A stretch of DNA of 64,000 nucleotides from Azolla caroliniana. Lineage: Eukaryota; Plantae; Polypodiophyta. The DNA is taken from the NCBI GenBank assembly GCA_043228905.1, contig JBHGNT010000002.1, positions 26,412,001 through 26,476,000 on the forward strand. Direction: 5' to 3'. Positions 10,086 to 23,836 of this stretch are shown here, piece by piece. The notes under the pieces were generated by a model, which worked only from the letters and a program-made list of their open reading frames with translations, searched no databases and was not told the origin of the DNA. A program made the position numbers and the translations under genes. The stretch's first letter is position 1, and each line of letters begins with the position of its first letter.

Positions 10086-13000
10086 TTGTTGCATTGGAAC
10101 GAGAATCATAAACTTCTTGGCGACTCGCAACAAGTGAGCGTTGAAAAGGCACAACAACATGAGGAACTCTTGAAACATGTCCAACAACTTGAAGCTATTG
10201 TGTTATCTCTTCGACAACAAGCTTCAAACTCTCAAAGTTTGTTGAAAGAACCCAAAATTAGTTTACCAACAAAATTTGATGGTACAAGGTCTCAATTCCG
10301 AGGATTCTTAAATCAGGTACGCCTTATAATTCATATGCATCCCAACCGATATCCAACTAACGCAACTCGAGTGGGGTTAGTTGGAACATTATTGACAAGA
10401 ACCACACTAGCATGGTTTGCACCATTGCTAGAGAAGAAATCCCCAATACTAGAAAACTTTGATACCTTTATCAACGAATTCCAAGCTAGTTTTGGTGATA
10501 CTGATAGTGTAAGAACAACAATAAACAAGATATGTAGGTTGTGCCAAGGAGATCGGCCAGCCTCATCTTACGTAGCTGATTTTTGTCTTCTTACTTGTGA
10601 TATCCCTTGGGATGAAGCAGCGATGATGGACTTGTTTCAACATAGTTTGCGTAATGATGTTAAAGACTTGCTCTTAACATTTCATGATGAACCCAAATCA
10701 CTGACAGAAGCTATTAGCCGTGCAGTTTGATGTGACAATCGTTTGTTCGAAAGACGTTCTGAGCACCAACAAACGTTGACACGCCTTAGATCTGAGCAAA
10801 CATATGCCTCAGCATTAGCCTCACCACCTTTAGGACCAGTGCAAGTTCCTAATCCTAATTCTTTTAATGGACCTACTCCAATGGAGATTGATGCAACACG
10901 TCGTCGAGGTCCTTTGTCCGAAGCCGAGAAACAACGACGTCGAGCAAATTGACTTTGCCTATATTGTGGTGGTCCAGGACATATAGCAATACATTGTCCA
11001 CATCGACCAAAGAGACAATTAAATCAAGTAAGTGCTATTGAGAATTTTGATTCATGTTCTCCAGTCAAAGCCAATAAACCAAGAACTCTTGTCAACAACT
11101 CTCAATCCAATAGTTTTGATGTTCTAAGCCAACTAGATGAGATGTTAAACGAGTAAGTCCAGCCAAAATCGGAGCCATTTGGTTGGACCAACCAAAGCAT
11201 ATAGAACTTGTTCCGAGCTTAGGTTCCATTTCATCGAACTGAGTCAGTGAAGTTTTCACAGCGCAAGTTCAACTCAACACATCAAGATGTCATCAAGTTC
11301 TTGCATCTGCGCTCTTGGATTCAGGAGCCAACTCATGTTTCATGGATCGGGATTTTGCCACAACACAAGAAATTCTACTCTATAAGCTTCCTCGTCCAAC
11401 ATCAGTAGCAGTAATTGATGGACGTTCTATTGCATCAAGAGATATTACTGAAGAATCAGAGCCTATTCGTGTAGTTCTTGGTAATTTAGCTACTGTAATA
11501 TCTTTTAATATCATAAGCAGTCCCAAACATCCAATTGTTCTTGGGTTGCCGTGGTTTGAACTTCATAATCCAAAGATTGATTGGAAGAAGCGGGAAATCA
11601 TAGACTCACGAGACAACACTTTAAGGCTCATCACCACATCAACCTCAAAGCTAACACCAAGACATATATCAACTATCTCTCTTAAAAGATTACATAAAGA
11701 AGCTACAATAGAAGATATGTTTGTGTTTGCAGTGGTCATAACCCCATTCTCAAACCCACAAGATTCAGAGGTCCATTTGCCATCAAAGTATCAAGAATTT
11801 TCCGATGTGTTTGATAAGGTAAAGGCCACAACACTTCATGATCATTGCCCATATGATTGTCCCATTGATTTGCATGCTGAGAAGGAACCACCATGGGGAC
11901 CAATTTATAACCTTTCGCCGTCAGAATTGAAAGTTCTTCGAGAATATATTGATGAGAATCTTGCAAATGGCTTTATTCGACATTCCCGATCTCTTGCTGG
12001 CGCTCCTTTTTTCTGTTAAGAAGAAAGATGGCTCTTTACGTTTGGTCGTAGACTATCGAGGCTTGAACAAGGTTATGATTCGAAATCGATATGCTCTACC
12101 ATTGATTCCAAATCTCTTGGAACGTCTCAATGGGACCAAATACTTCACAAGGCTAGACTTACGAGGAGCTTACAACCTTGTTCGTATTCGACCTGGTGAT
12201 GAATGGAAAACTGCTTTTCGCACATGATATGGTCACTTTGAGTACACAGTAATGCCATTCGGGCTTACAAATGCTCTAGCAGTTTTCCAACATATGGCAA
12301 ATGATATCTTTCGAGATTTCCTCGATATCTTCACGATAATTTACTTGGATGACATACTAATCTACTCAAAGACACAAGAGGAGCATAATAATCATGTTCG
12401 ACAAGTTCTACAACGATTACAGGAATTTGGTCTTTATGCCAAACTAGAGAAGTGTTACTTTGACTGCAATCAAGTCGAGTTTCTAGGGTATATGGTCTCT
12501 CCAGAAGGTATTTTTATGGATCCAAAGAAAGTACAAACATTTCTAGATTGGAAGACACCAGGCTCAGTTCATGATCTGCAATGTTTCTTGGGATTTGCAA
12601 ATTTCTACCGCAAGCTCATCAAGAGTTACTCAAAAGTTGTTTTGCCCCTCACGGAACTAACACAGAAGAACCAACCATTTGTATGGACATCAAGTGGAGC
12701 TGATGCATTTGATAGCTTGAAGCAAGCATTTACATCTACTCCCATTTTGGTCCACGTTGACCTTAAAAAGCCGTTTATCATAGAAGCGGATGCATCTGAT
12801 TTTGCACTAGGAAGTATTCTATCGCAAGTAGCGGATGATGAGAAATTACATCCAGTTGCATTTCATTCAAGAAAGTTTGAACTTGTAGAAATCAATTATG
12901 AAATCCATTGCCTCGACATCGGCCATATGGTTTGTTGCACCCATTGCCCATTCCAGATGGTCCGTGGAAATCCATTTCTATCGATTTCATCACAGATCTC

Positions 13001-14076
13001 CCATCTTCCCAAGGCTATGATGCAATTCTTACAGTGGTGGATCGCTTTACGAAAATGGCACATTTTCTTCCATGTAGAAAAACTTTTACTAGTCAAGAAT
13101 TGACAAGTCTTGTTATGCGAGAAGTTTTCAAGCACCATGGCCTTCCAAATGAAATCATTAGTGATCGTGGACCACAATTTATTGCAACTTACTTGAGAGC
13201 CTTGGAATTTCTCGTAAACTATCTTCAAGCTACCATCCTCAAACCGATGGGCAAACGGAATGCACAAATCAAACATTAGAACAATATCTCCATTGCTTTA
13301 TCAACTATCAACAAGATGATTGGATGGATTTCTTACATATTGCAGAATTTGCTTACAATAATTCAATCCATTCTTCTACGGGATTCACTCCGTTCTTTGC
13401 AAACACAGGATATGATCCTCGATGGATGATGTTCGAATGTCCAAAAGTCTCAAAAAATCCCACGGTCAAAGATCGTCTAGAAAAACTCAAAGAAATTCAA
13501 ACCAATCTTTCTCACAATTTGCTTCATGCTCAAGCCAAGTACAAGAAGGTGGCGGATAAACATCGCTTAGATTCTTCACTTGAAGACCCTAAGTTTAAAG
13601 TTGGTGATCGTGTCTGGTTATTGTATCGTAATGTGAAAACTACTCGACCAAGTGCCAAATTGGATTTCCAACGTCTAGGTCCATTTGTAATCTCTCATCA
13701 AGTCAACGATGTTGCATTTCATCTGGACCTACCTTCACATATGCGTCTTCATCCAGTATTTCATGTTTCATTATTAGAACCATGGACATCAAGTTCTATT
13801 CCAAATCAGGTTATCCCACCACCACCTCCGGTTCAACTTGCTGAAGGACCTGAATATGAAGTAGAAGCTATTTTGGACTCTAAGGTCATCCGCAATAAGT
13901 TATATTATCTAGTAGATTGGCTGGGATACACGCCCGCGGATCATACATGGGAACCTGCAACGAACGTCACTAATGCCTTTGAACTTATACAAGAGTTTCA
14001 TCTTCGTTATCCCCATAAACCAAAACCTAGTTCATGCATTGCGACTCATGGAACTCGTCGTCAAAGGAGGAGATAA
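10086..14076 (+). pseudogene. gag-pol of element B, with nonsense codons, frameshifts and an internal deletion near 12908
   Basis: ORF fragments 10086-10730, 10743-10952, 11315-12019, 11949-12227, 12252-13103, 12908-13279 and 13324-14076 carry successive Gag/PR/RT/RH/IN/chromodomain motifs. Confidence 0.9.
11144..11216 (+). promoter_or_regulatory. Putative -1 ribosomal frameshift signal between gag and pol of B
   Basis: In-frame heptamer G TTA AAC just before the gag TAA, a 6-nt spacer, and an 11-bp stem 11157-11167/11178-11188. pol is in the -1 frame. Confidence 0.7.
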
Positions 14077-15660
14077 GGTTTGAACTTGTGACCTTCAAAC
14101 AATGGTCTTACACTTCAACAATTGCACCAACTCATTTTCATTAATAAATACATTTTCATATTATTATTATTCAAGAACTGTAGAGCACTAGACACATTAA
14201 ATGACCGCCAAATGGCATGCACCCTGTACGCCAAGTGGCGCACAACATGTATGCCAAATGGCGATCATGCACATTCTGATGTATAGTATATAAGTCGAGG
14301 ATCTGCTTAGTGTTGAACCATTCCGGTTCAACACCAGTCTTCAACAACCTTGTAATCTCGGTTTTCGGTAATAGAAATTCTTGTATTTTTGTCTTGTAAA
14401 CGTCTTCTCGTTTGTTATTATCTTCTTTTCTAAATCGACCTTGTCTTCGAAGCTTGGGTCACGACAACGCCCCTGTATTTCACCTCCGTACTCAAAAGAG
14501 CGACGGTAGGTTGCTTCTTGCTACTCCCGAAATCGCTCCGCTGCCGAGGGAGAAGACAAATCCGGAGGTCGATCGTCGATCAGCTTTGTAGCCAGCCCAA
14601 TCCGCGTCCATGTATCCTTCGAGTCGTATTGGTGTGACTGATTTGTAGAGAATGTTGTAATCCATTGTTCTGCTCACATATCGTAATACTTGCTTAGCGC
14701 AATCGAAATGGATATCTCGGGAGTTTGCATGAATTGGCTAAGGAGTCCGACCAGATAGCTAAGGTCAGGTCGTGTGATCGTGAGATAGATGAGACTCCCG
14801 ATCAGTTGTCGATATTGAGTCGGATCGCACTCGTTTGTGCCGGAGTCGGCATCTAGTTTGAGGTTTCTATCGAGAGGCGTAGCGATCGATTTGCACTCCA
14901 TCATCCCAAACTTGTATAACAAGTTGAGAATGTAGTGCCGTTGAGAGATCATAATGCCGACCGGATTCCGAATCACCTCGATGCCTAGGAAGTAGTGTAG
15001 CTCCTTCATGTCCGTCATCTCGAATTTGTTGGAGAGGAGGGACTTCACCTTGTTGATGTCAACTAAATGCTCACCTCCAATAACGAGATCTTCCACGTAT
15101 AGAATGATAACAATTGGGCTTTTAGACTCGTTTCATACATAGAGGGAGTTGTCGGATTTCGACATTCGAAAGCCGATTTGATGAAGATATTGTGTAATCT
15201 TTGAATGCCAAGCACGTGGTGCTTGCTTGAGGCCGTAGAGAGGGTTCTTGAGTTGACACACAACTTTCAGATGGAGGTTGGATTCGAAGTCGGGTGGTTG
15301 AACCATGTACACCTCCTCTTCCAATTCACCTTGAAGAAAGACGTTCTTTACGTCCATTTGGTGGAGGTGTCACCCTTTCACCATTGCAAGTGCGATCACG
15401 GTCCGCATAGTCGTCATCTTTGCCACCGGGGCAAAGGTCTCTTCGTAGTCAACTCCATGTGTTTGCGCGTATCCTTTCGCTATGAGTCGAGCTTTGTAGC
15501 AATTGACGGAGCCATCAACATTATACTTCACCTTGTAGATCCATCAACAACCTATCGCCTCTCTTGTGCGGTGAGTGGGGAACGACATCCCATGTGTCGT
15601 TCTTGGGTAGTGCATGCATCTCCTCGTTCATTGCTTTGATCCATCGCGGGTCCATTGCGG

Positions 15661-16227
15661 TGTCGTGAAGAAAACCGGCCAGAAGCGGAATCGGCAAAGC
15701 AAGGCGCATGACCCGGCCCTACACCCTTCCACATCAATTAATACCTTGTACATAACTAGGAGTAGGACGGTGGGTGCAAATAGACTAGATGTGACGCATT
15801 GAATGTCTAGGAAATCGAAGAGTATCTCTATCCAAAAGGACAGAGAATATATTGATGAAAACGAGGGTGCAACGGCCGGCCTCGACGGCCTATAAAAGGG
15901 AAGTAAGAAGGTTCACCAAAGGGATCACGTTTTAGGAGTGAGGACGAAGTGCTGTTGGACTGGGACCGAGAGCTCTCCTCCATCGTTCGTCATTCTCTGG
16001 AGGATTACAGACTGAGTTGCCCCTGCTTCGTGGACAACCCGTGTGCTTCCGATAGAGGCTCGCCGCTCCATAGTGCAGTCGGGGCTGTATGCGTGCGTGA
16101 GCATCGTGTGTGTGTCTATGTTCGCCTGAGTTGGGTCCGTTGCCGGCTTGCCGATTGTAATCGTTATTGATTTTGTAATTAAGATTTTGTTCTCTCTCTC
16201 TTCCTCCCTTTGTGTTTCTGCAAGCTG

Positions 16228-16259
<32 letters not shown>

Positions 16260-16335
16260 TCTTCCTCACACTCCTTGGTTCAAGGCCCCTGCGGTTCCAC
16301 CTCTTTCTGCATGAGAAGAGTGTACCAATCCGACA
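15661..16335 (+). mobile_element. Solo LTR F (675 bp) in the IN-RT linker of A
   Basis: Termini TGTCGTGAAG...CCGACA, TATAAAA near 15891, (CT)n, and a U5 motif shared with D and G. The host reading frame rejoins across it with a degenerate 4-bp duplication (GCGG/TCAG). Confidence 0.8.
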
Positions 16336-18112
16336 TCAGCTTTGGAAAAGGTTTCCGGCTCCCGTATTGTTGCGACCTTCATCATAAAGGCGTAATGGTA
16401 TGCCATATACTCATCGTAACCGAAGCGGCTTACAGGGTTCTTTTCACGGGTGGATCGGTGTAGCTTCTTGTTTGCGGATTCTAAGGCTTTCTTCACTCCA
16501 TTTGTTTGGATGTCAAGGCCTTTGAACTCACTATCGAGGGAGTGAGTCGATTCGTTGCCATCGAAATGAGCATCTTCATACTTCGGCATTTTGGCATTCC
16601 CTTTGTCCAACTTCGGACTTGCTCGAGATGTGCTTTGATCGCTCAAAGGCTCTTGTGGTCCGCTTAGTCGGGTCATGATCGGACTTTCTTCGAACATGCG
16701 CGTAAGCCGATCTTCATCCTCTATCTCTTGTTCGGCGTATTTCGGGTCGAGCAGAATTGGAGTCGAAGTTGTCTCTGGTGCGTACCAGGATGCGAACTCA
16801 TCAAAAACGACGTCTCGACTTACTCGAGATTTTCGAGTTGAGGGGTTGTAGCACTTGTACCCCGTTTGCTCCAGTGGGTATCCTACGAGGATACATTTCT
16901 CCGACTTCGGGTCAAGCTTTTGACGCTTCTCATCGGGGATGTGCACGTACGCAATGGAGCCGTATATCCGAACATGCAATAGGTCTGGCTTCTTTCCGAA
17001 GAACTTCTCGTGCGGAGTAAGTTCGTGCACACCCGATGTCGTACACCGATTCATGAGATAGATGGGCGTGTTAGTTGTTTCGGCCCAATACGATTTCGGC
17101 ATGTGCTTTTCGTTAAGCATAGCTCGTGCCACTTCGAGGATGTGCCGATTCTTGCGTTCGGCCACTCCGTTTTGTTGTGGTGTATGTCGACACGAAAACT
17201 CTTGCCGTATTCCTTCTTTTCGTAGAAACACCGAAAATTCGTCGGAGAAGTACTCCTTGCCTCCATCTAACCGAAGACATCGTACATGTCGGCTTGTGGC
17301 TTTCTCGACTTCATTCTTAAATTTTTGGAAGTGTCCGAACACTTCGCTCTTTTGTCGCATTGGGTAGATCCAAGTGTGTGCCTAGAGAAGTCGTCGATGA
17401 AGGTTACGTAGTATCAGAATCCGCCAAATGTCACTGTTTCAGCCGGACCCCATACATCGGAATGAATTACATTGAGTACGGCTTTGCTCAAGTTCCGCTC
17501 CTTCGGAAATGGGTGTCGATGGTGCTTGCCGAATTGGCAAGCGGCACACACGCCTTCAATCTCTTTCACCGTGAATGTCGGGAGCTCGATGACGACTCCT
17601 TTCGATTGCATTGCCTTGAGCTTTTGGAGGTTGATGTTAAGAGTCTATTACTAATCAATAGACCAAATCAAGTAAAAAGGAAGAAAATAGGTTGGATAGA
17701 AGAACCCGTTCCACCCGACCACCCCCGAGCTATGATCTAGACATAGCCAACCTACCACCGACGTCCCATACCGCCGGATATTAGGATGACTAATACCTTG
17801 GAAGAGATAAACACGATCGTTGAGACGAAAGCCTAGCCCGCACCACCGGTGTCTACGACAGCAGCCTTCCGACGTGATTCCTATGAGGGTAGCTAAGCCT
17901 CATATTTATACCTTTTCCTAGGCCCCTTGAATAGATGTGCCTTTCTAAAAGGCTCTCTATTCATTGGTTGTCTAAATCATGATAGTGCATGCACATATCA
18001 TTCATTCTATCCAATCATTAGTCCCCTTTTTAATAATAGTGAACATACCCTTCACTAATGTAAATATTAGTGACCTACCCTCACCAACGTTATGTGTACA
18101 TAACATACTCCC

Positions 18113-21100
18113 CTACTTCAAAAGATTGCACTCTTGCAATATAAAGTGAGGAAATTGTGCCTTAAGCGAATGCTCGTGTTCCCATGTGGCATCATCAATA
18201 GGTTTATCCATCCATTTGATCTTGAATAGCCGAATCTCTTTAGAACGTAAACGTTTAGTACGAGAATCAAGAATTCGTTCAGGAACATGAGGTTTGTAAG
18301 AAAAATCCTCTAATGTTACAAGATCTTGGATTGTGATGGTGTTATCACCAGAGCCTAAAAATGGTTTTAGACGACTGACGTGAAAAACAGGATGAATACC
18401 AACGTTACGAGGTAAGGCAAGGTGATAAGCAGATGACCCAACTCGCTTAAGGATTTCAAATGGGCCACAATATCGTGGGGCTAACTTAGCGCACTTGCCC
18501 GTAGATAATGACGTAGAATCAGTCGGGACACGCAAAAAAACTTTTTGACCAATAGTAAATGCACGAGGACGTCTATCCTGATCAGCATAAAATCAAGCAC
18601 GATCTTGAGTTGTCTTGACATTTTCTTTGGCAATATGCAACATTTGGTTCATGTCTTGCAAAAAATTGCGTGTACTGTCTAATGTATCACGATGAATCGT
18701 GACATCAACTGGGGCACGTGGCTGAAAACCATACATCAACATAAAAGGACTATATCCAGTGGATGTATGTTTAGAGCTATTATAGGCAAATTCGAAGATA
18801 GGAAGGTATTGCTCCCACTTAGAAGGGGTTTTTGCTACATAAGCTCGAAGCATGTCCTCAATAATTTGATTAACTCGTTCAGTTTGTCCATCAGACTGAG
18901 GATGATCTGCGGAACTCATGCTCAACGTAGTTTCTAGTTTCTTAAATACCTGAGTCCAAAAGTCACTAGTAAACTTGGAATCTCGATCACTAACAATATC
19001 CATCGGTAATCCATAAAAACGAAATAACTCATCAACAAATTGATAAGCCAACTGTTGAGCGGTTACCGTGGTTTTTGTAGGAATAAATCTAGCTAATTTT
19101 GTTAGCCTGTCAACGACAACCCATATGGCATCATGACCCCTCTGTGTACGAGGTAAACTAACAATAAAATCCATCGAGATACTTTCCCATTTATTGTTGG
19201 GAATATCTAAGGGATGTAAAAGACCAGCAGCTTTAAGTCGTTCCGACTTATTAATCTGACATTGTAAGCATTGAGTTACGTATTTATGCACGTCAGAGCG
19301 CATCTTAGGCCAGAAAAAAGTACACGAGATGAGAACGAGTGTGCGTTGTATTCCAGGATGACCAGCAGATGGTGCATCATGACATTCATGAAAAATTTTC
19401 TGTTTAACATTTGGTAAATCTGGAACACAGACCTTTCCACTACGGTAGAGCAAACCGTTTGTAATGTGAAAGGTCGCCTTCGAGGGTAGGGTGCTAGTAT
19501 CGGCATCTAAACCAGATTCGGCTTTCGTCCAGTATTTTGAGAAATAACTGTCATCAAGGTATTTCCCTCGAAGGTGATCTAAAAGATCAGATTTTATTTC
19601 CGTGAAGCTAAGCATGTTAACTTCTTTAATGCGACTAAGAGCATCAGCAACGGTGTTCATAGAACCCTTGCGATATCGTATGGAAAAATCAAAATCTTGC
19701 ATAAGGTCAGCCCAACGGCCTTTACGACCAACAAGATCGGGCTGGTCACAAAAATACTTTAATGATTGATGGTCTGTTGTAACCACAAATTTATTTCCAT
19801 AGAGATAGTGCCTCCATGTTTTAAGTGCGTGTATCACCGCAAACAACTCTTTCTCTTGAACCGAATACCGAGATTGAGCAGCATCAAGCTTCTTACTTTC
19901 AAAAGCAATAGGGTGACCACCTTGATAAAGAACGGCACCAATAGCATAATCACTAGCATCGGTTTCAATTGAGAAAGGCTTAGAAGGGTCTGGTAATAGA
20001 AGAGTGGGAGCCTGACACACATGCTCCTTGAGTGTCTCAAATGATTTGTCAAGTTGTTCATTCCATGAAATTGGTTTGACAGACTTACGTGGATGACCTT
20101 TTAAAAGGTCAGTTAATGGCGTAGTCAATTTGGAATAGTTACGAATTGATTTTCGTAAAAATCCAACAAACCCTAAGAATGATCTAAGTTCACGAATATT
20201 ACGAGGAATGGGCCAAAGTTTAACCTTTTCAATACGAGAAGGTTCAATTTCAACGCCCTTTTCTGTAATTAAATGACCTAGGTACACAATAGATTTTTGG
20301 AAGAAGTCACATTTTGAATGTTTTGCATAGAAAGAGTTGTCACGCAACTTTCGCAAAACAAATCGAACATGTTGAACATGATCTTGCAAGGTACGTCTAT
20401 ATATCAAAATATCATCCAAGAAGACGACAACAAAATCACCGAGTTGATCTCGGAAAACATCATTCATCGCTTGTTGGAATGTGGCTGGAGCATTAGTCAA
20501 CCCAAACGGCATGACTAAAAACTCATAATGGCCATAGCGCGTACGAAAAGCGGTTTTAGGAATATCATCCTCGGCGATGCGAATCTGATGATAACCAGTT
20601 CGTAAGTCAATTTTCGTAAAATATCGAGCCCCGTGCAAACGATCAATCAAATCATCGGCACGAGGTAATGGATATGCATTCTTAATTGTCATTTTATTCA
20701 AACGGCGATAATTGATACACATTCGCCACGAACCTTCCTTCTTCTTGACTAATAGAACTGGCGTACCCCAAGGTGATTTAGTATACCTAATGTGGCCCAT
20801 ACTCAAGTATTCCTTAAGTTGTTTAGCGATCTCATCCTCTTCTAATCGACTAAGTCGGTAAGGTGGAATGCTCACAGGAGCAGCCCCAGGGATGAGTTCA
20901 ATTTGATGGTCCACATTACGTTTAGGTGGTAAAGTAAGCGGTAATTCAGTAGGAAACACATCTTGAAAATCCTCTAAAATAGAGTCGAGTAATCATTGCT
21001 CAAAATGTGGTAATTGTGTGGCGTCAATATTAAAATAATAAAATTGAACCGCAGGATCAATTACACACGAATAAATTAATGAACTAGAATACTCACTTAA

Positions 21101-22516
21101 AGATTTAGAAGACACAAGTGAATGAGAAGGAAGTTTGGAACATTGAATAAAATGTTTACAATTATTAAGTTCAAATGTGATTGAGTGATTAACCCAATCA
21201 ATGGACAAAGAAGGGTTTTTATTAAAAAACCAAGGATATCCTAAAATGACATCTGCGGATTGTAATTTCATAACATGAAAGTCAAGCTTCTCCAAATAAG
21301 TATCTATTTGAATTGGCAGTTGACCAACAATGCCACTGATGTATTGAACGTTTCCATTTGCCATGTGAACTTGATAGATATGATCACTTGCGTTTATGTG
21401 GAGCTCCATTTGCTGCACAAAGTGATCATTAAGAAAATTGTGAGAACTATCGGAATCAAACAAGAAATGTGCTTGTGTTCCATTGATATATCCGACTGCT
21501 CGGAGTAAATCATTAGGTCCAAGTAAATGTGAAGGAAAAGTGCATTGACATAAACTTAAGTGATTGGTATGAACTTCAACAATATCAAAAGACTCACCTG
21601 TGTGACTCGTAGATTTGTCTTGAGGAGGGGTGTTCATTGACTTCCTCTCAAGACGACGACAGGTATCCTTTGTGTGGCCCCGCTTCTTGCAATATGCACA
21701 GAAGAGGTTCGGTTTCTTTGAGTCGCAGTCAAGAGTGTCACTGGATTGCTTACGTTTCCCAATGAACTTGACATTCGGAGTTTTGGCGAACTCAGGTTTA
21801 TTGTGGTCTTTCTTGGAAGTCCTATAGTATCGCAGCACAATGTTGACGGCTTCCTCGAAAGTTGTGGGGTCCTTGTCATGGACAATCCAATGATAATCCC
21901 CATTGGGAATACCATTCAAAAAACAAGCGACAAACCATTTCTCACCCGTAAGTCCCGATTTTTGGATCTGGGTCCGAGCGTGATGCACATAATCCTCGAG
22001 AGAGGTAAATGGCTTACTAGACAATGTGAGCAAGTGTTGCGCTTGTTCGGTTTGAGAAGGTGGCTGCAAGAATTGTTTCTTAAAAACATCAACGAAACCT
22101 TCCCAAGTTGTGGGTAAGTTTTTTGCGGTCCTTAGGCCACGCCACCAAGCAGCAGCTCGGCCACCTAACTCACGACCGACATAACCAATTTTTATTGCAT
22201 CGGGCTTGGGATGAAGCTCAAAGTGAGACTCCCAACGACCAAGCCAAGTGCTAATGGCCTCCTCGGTTCTTTCTTTCTTATCTCCCTTGAAAGGCGTGAC
22301 TACGAAGGAAGGTTCACCTTCTTTCTTGGACTCAATAGTTAATTCTTGGAATTTCTTTTCCAATGCCATATTGGCCTGTCTCATTTCGTCCAATTGATTC
22401 AAGGTAGTAGTGAGCAATTGCTCAATAGTGATCTCAGCTTGTGTGCGAGATGCGGATTGGGGTTGGGAGGTCTCATTTGGAGAGATCGTTCCAACTGCGT
22501 TCAAAACTTGTTCCAT
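18113..22516 (-). pseudogene. Single-frame Gag-PR-RT-RH-IN-chromodomain polyprotein of C, with two in-frame TGA codons
   Basis: ORFs 20993-22516, 18593-20959 and 18113-18535 are all in one frame. Motifs: CAYCKKRGH knuckle, FLDD, HHCC/DDE integrase, GPF motif, and a group II chromodomain (PERILD...IKW...ATWE). Confidence 0.93.
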
Positions 22517-23504
22517 GATGCACGCTGTGGGTATGCAATAAAATAAGGAGGTTCAGAAAATACACAAGCAAAATGAATGCTTGAAATTTTGATTGAAAGA
22601 ACTTTATCCAAGAAAGTATCTCATGTCTTTACCCCTCTAGACATATGAGATGTGATTCGAGATCCGATAACTATGGTAACACTATGGTGTTTTAAAAACC
22701 ATGGGGGAAAACATAGCTAAGATGTATTTCTCGGATCTCTATCTTGAGTAATCATGGCGGCTTCCCGAGGCTCAACCATGGTTCTTACATCAATGAAATT
22801 TCCTAGATAGCCTTATATTAATGCCAACCCATCATGTATTATATGGTCGAGAAAGTGTATTACGTGAAAAAACAAGTGCACTCACAAGTAATATTCTAGT
22901 CTTGCGAGCAATAAGCAAACGTGATGATAAAATGATAAAATAAGGCACTACTCATAAGAGTTAAGTAGTGACGAAAACAAGGGTAAAAAAAAAGAACCCA
23001 TGTGTTACCTACGAAAAAAACAATGTCACAAATAAATGGGAAGTGCAAGGTATGCACTTATACATCCCAATATGATTGTTATAACTTGCACAATTGTGAC
23101 ATAAGCCACAAATTGATACAAGTGATGACGGTGTTGTGCGCAAAGATGTAATACTCAAATCCATGAGTAAAACATCAATAAGGGAACTCATATGGTTTTA
23201 CTCGTTTTCTAAGGCTTGATGATAAGAGTTAAACCTAGATGACCCGTTGAAAAAAAAAATCGTTCAACAAGCCACTCCATACAAAAAAAATAGTCTACAC
23301 GTAAAGGTTACATTAAAAATAAACGATGTAAATACTTTATACATGAAAAGGAAGTGGAAAAAGGAGAGTTAATTGTGGGCCGGTAAATAATAATTACTAG
23401 AAAATCATATAAGTGAAACAATACTTATGAAATTAAAATTTAATTAGAATAATCAACAATTAGGTGTATGGAATCAAACATGCCCTAAGATACGAAACCC
23501 TAGG

Positions 23505-23836
23505 GTAGTTGACATGCACCTCCTCAAGACCACCACATATCCCTAGAATCGGCCAAGTAATGGCTAATTAAAGAGGAAAGTGGCATAGGTAAGTGACATA
23601 TACCTCGTCAAGGCCATATCATCCCTTAGAATCGGCCAATTGATGGCTAATTAAAAAGGAAAGTGGCATATGTAAGCTACATATACCTTGTCAAGGCCAC
23701 AACATCCCATAGAATCGGCCAATTGATGGCTTAATAGAGAGTAGAGTGGCATAGGTAGGCAACATACACCTCGTCAAGGCCACATCATCCCTTAGAATCG
23801 GCCAAGTGATGGCTCAATAGAGGGGAAGAGTGGTAT
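23505..23836. repeat. About 83-bp tandem repeat x4 in the 5' leader of C
   Basis: Unit containing TAGAATCGGCCAA...GATGGCT...AGTGGCATA repeated four times. Confidence 0.9.

Larger units (their letters stand above)
9562..14466 (+). mobile_element. Ty3/Gypsy chromovirus B (Tcn1/sushi-like) inserted in the RNase H of A
   Basis: 5' LTR 9562-9958, 3' LTR about 14075-14466 (first ~20 nt lost), TSD GCGCC/ACGCC, PPT about 14063-14075. Sushi/PEG10-type Gag (PKISLPTKFDG...ALAWF-like, CCHC knuckle), PR DSGA, RT YLDD, IN, and C-terminal chromodomain EYEVEAILD...YLVDWLGY...TWEP. Confidence 0.95.

Noticed and set aside
23505-23836. CRISPR-like array (also 46944-47108 and 54647-55167)
   Set aside because: Whole units are homologous with no unique spacers, and they lie in or next to eukaryotic transposons with no cas genes.
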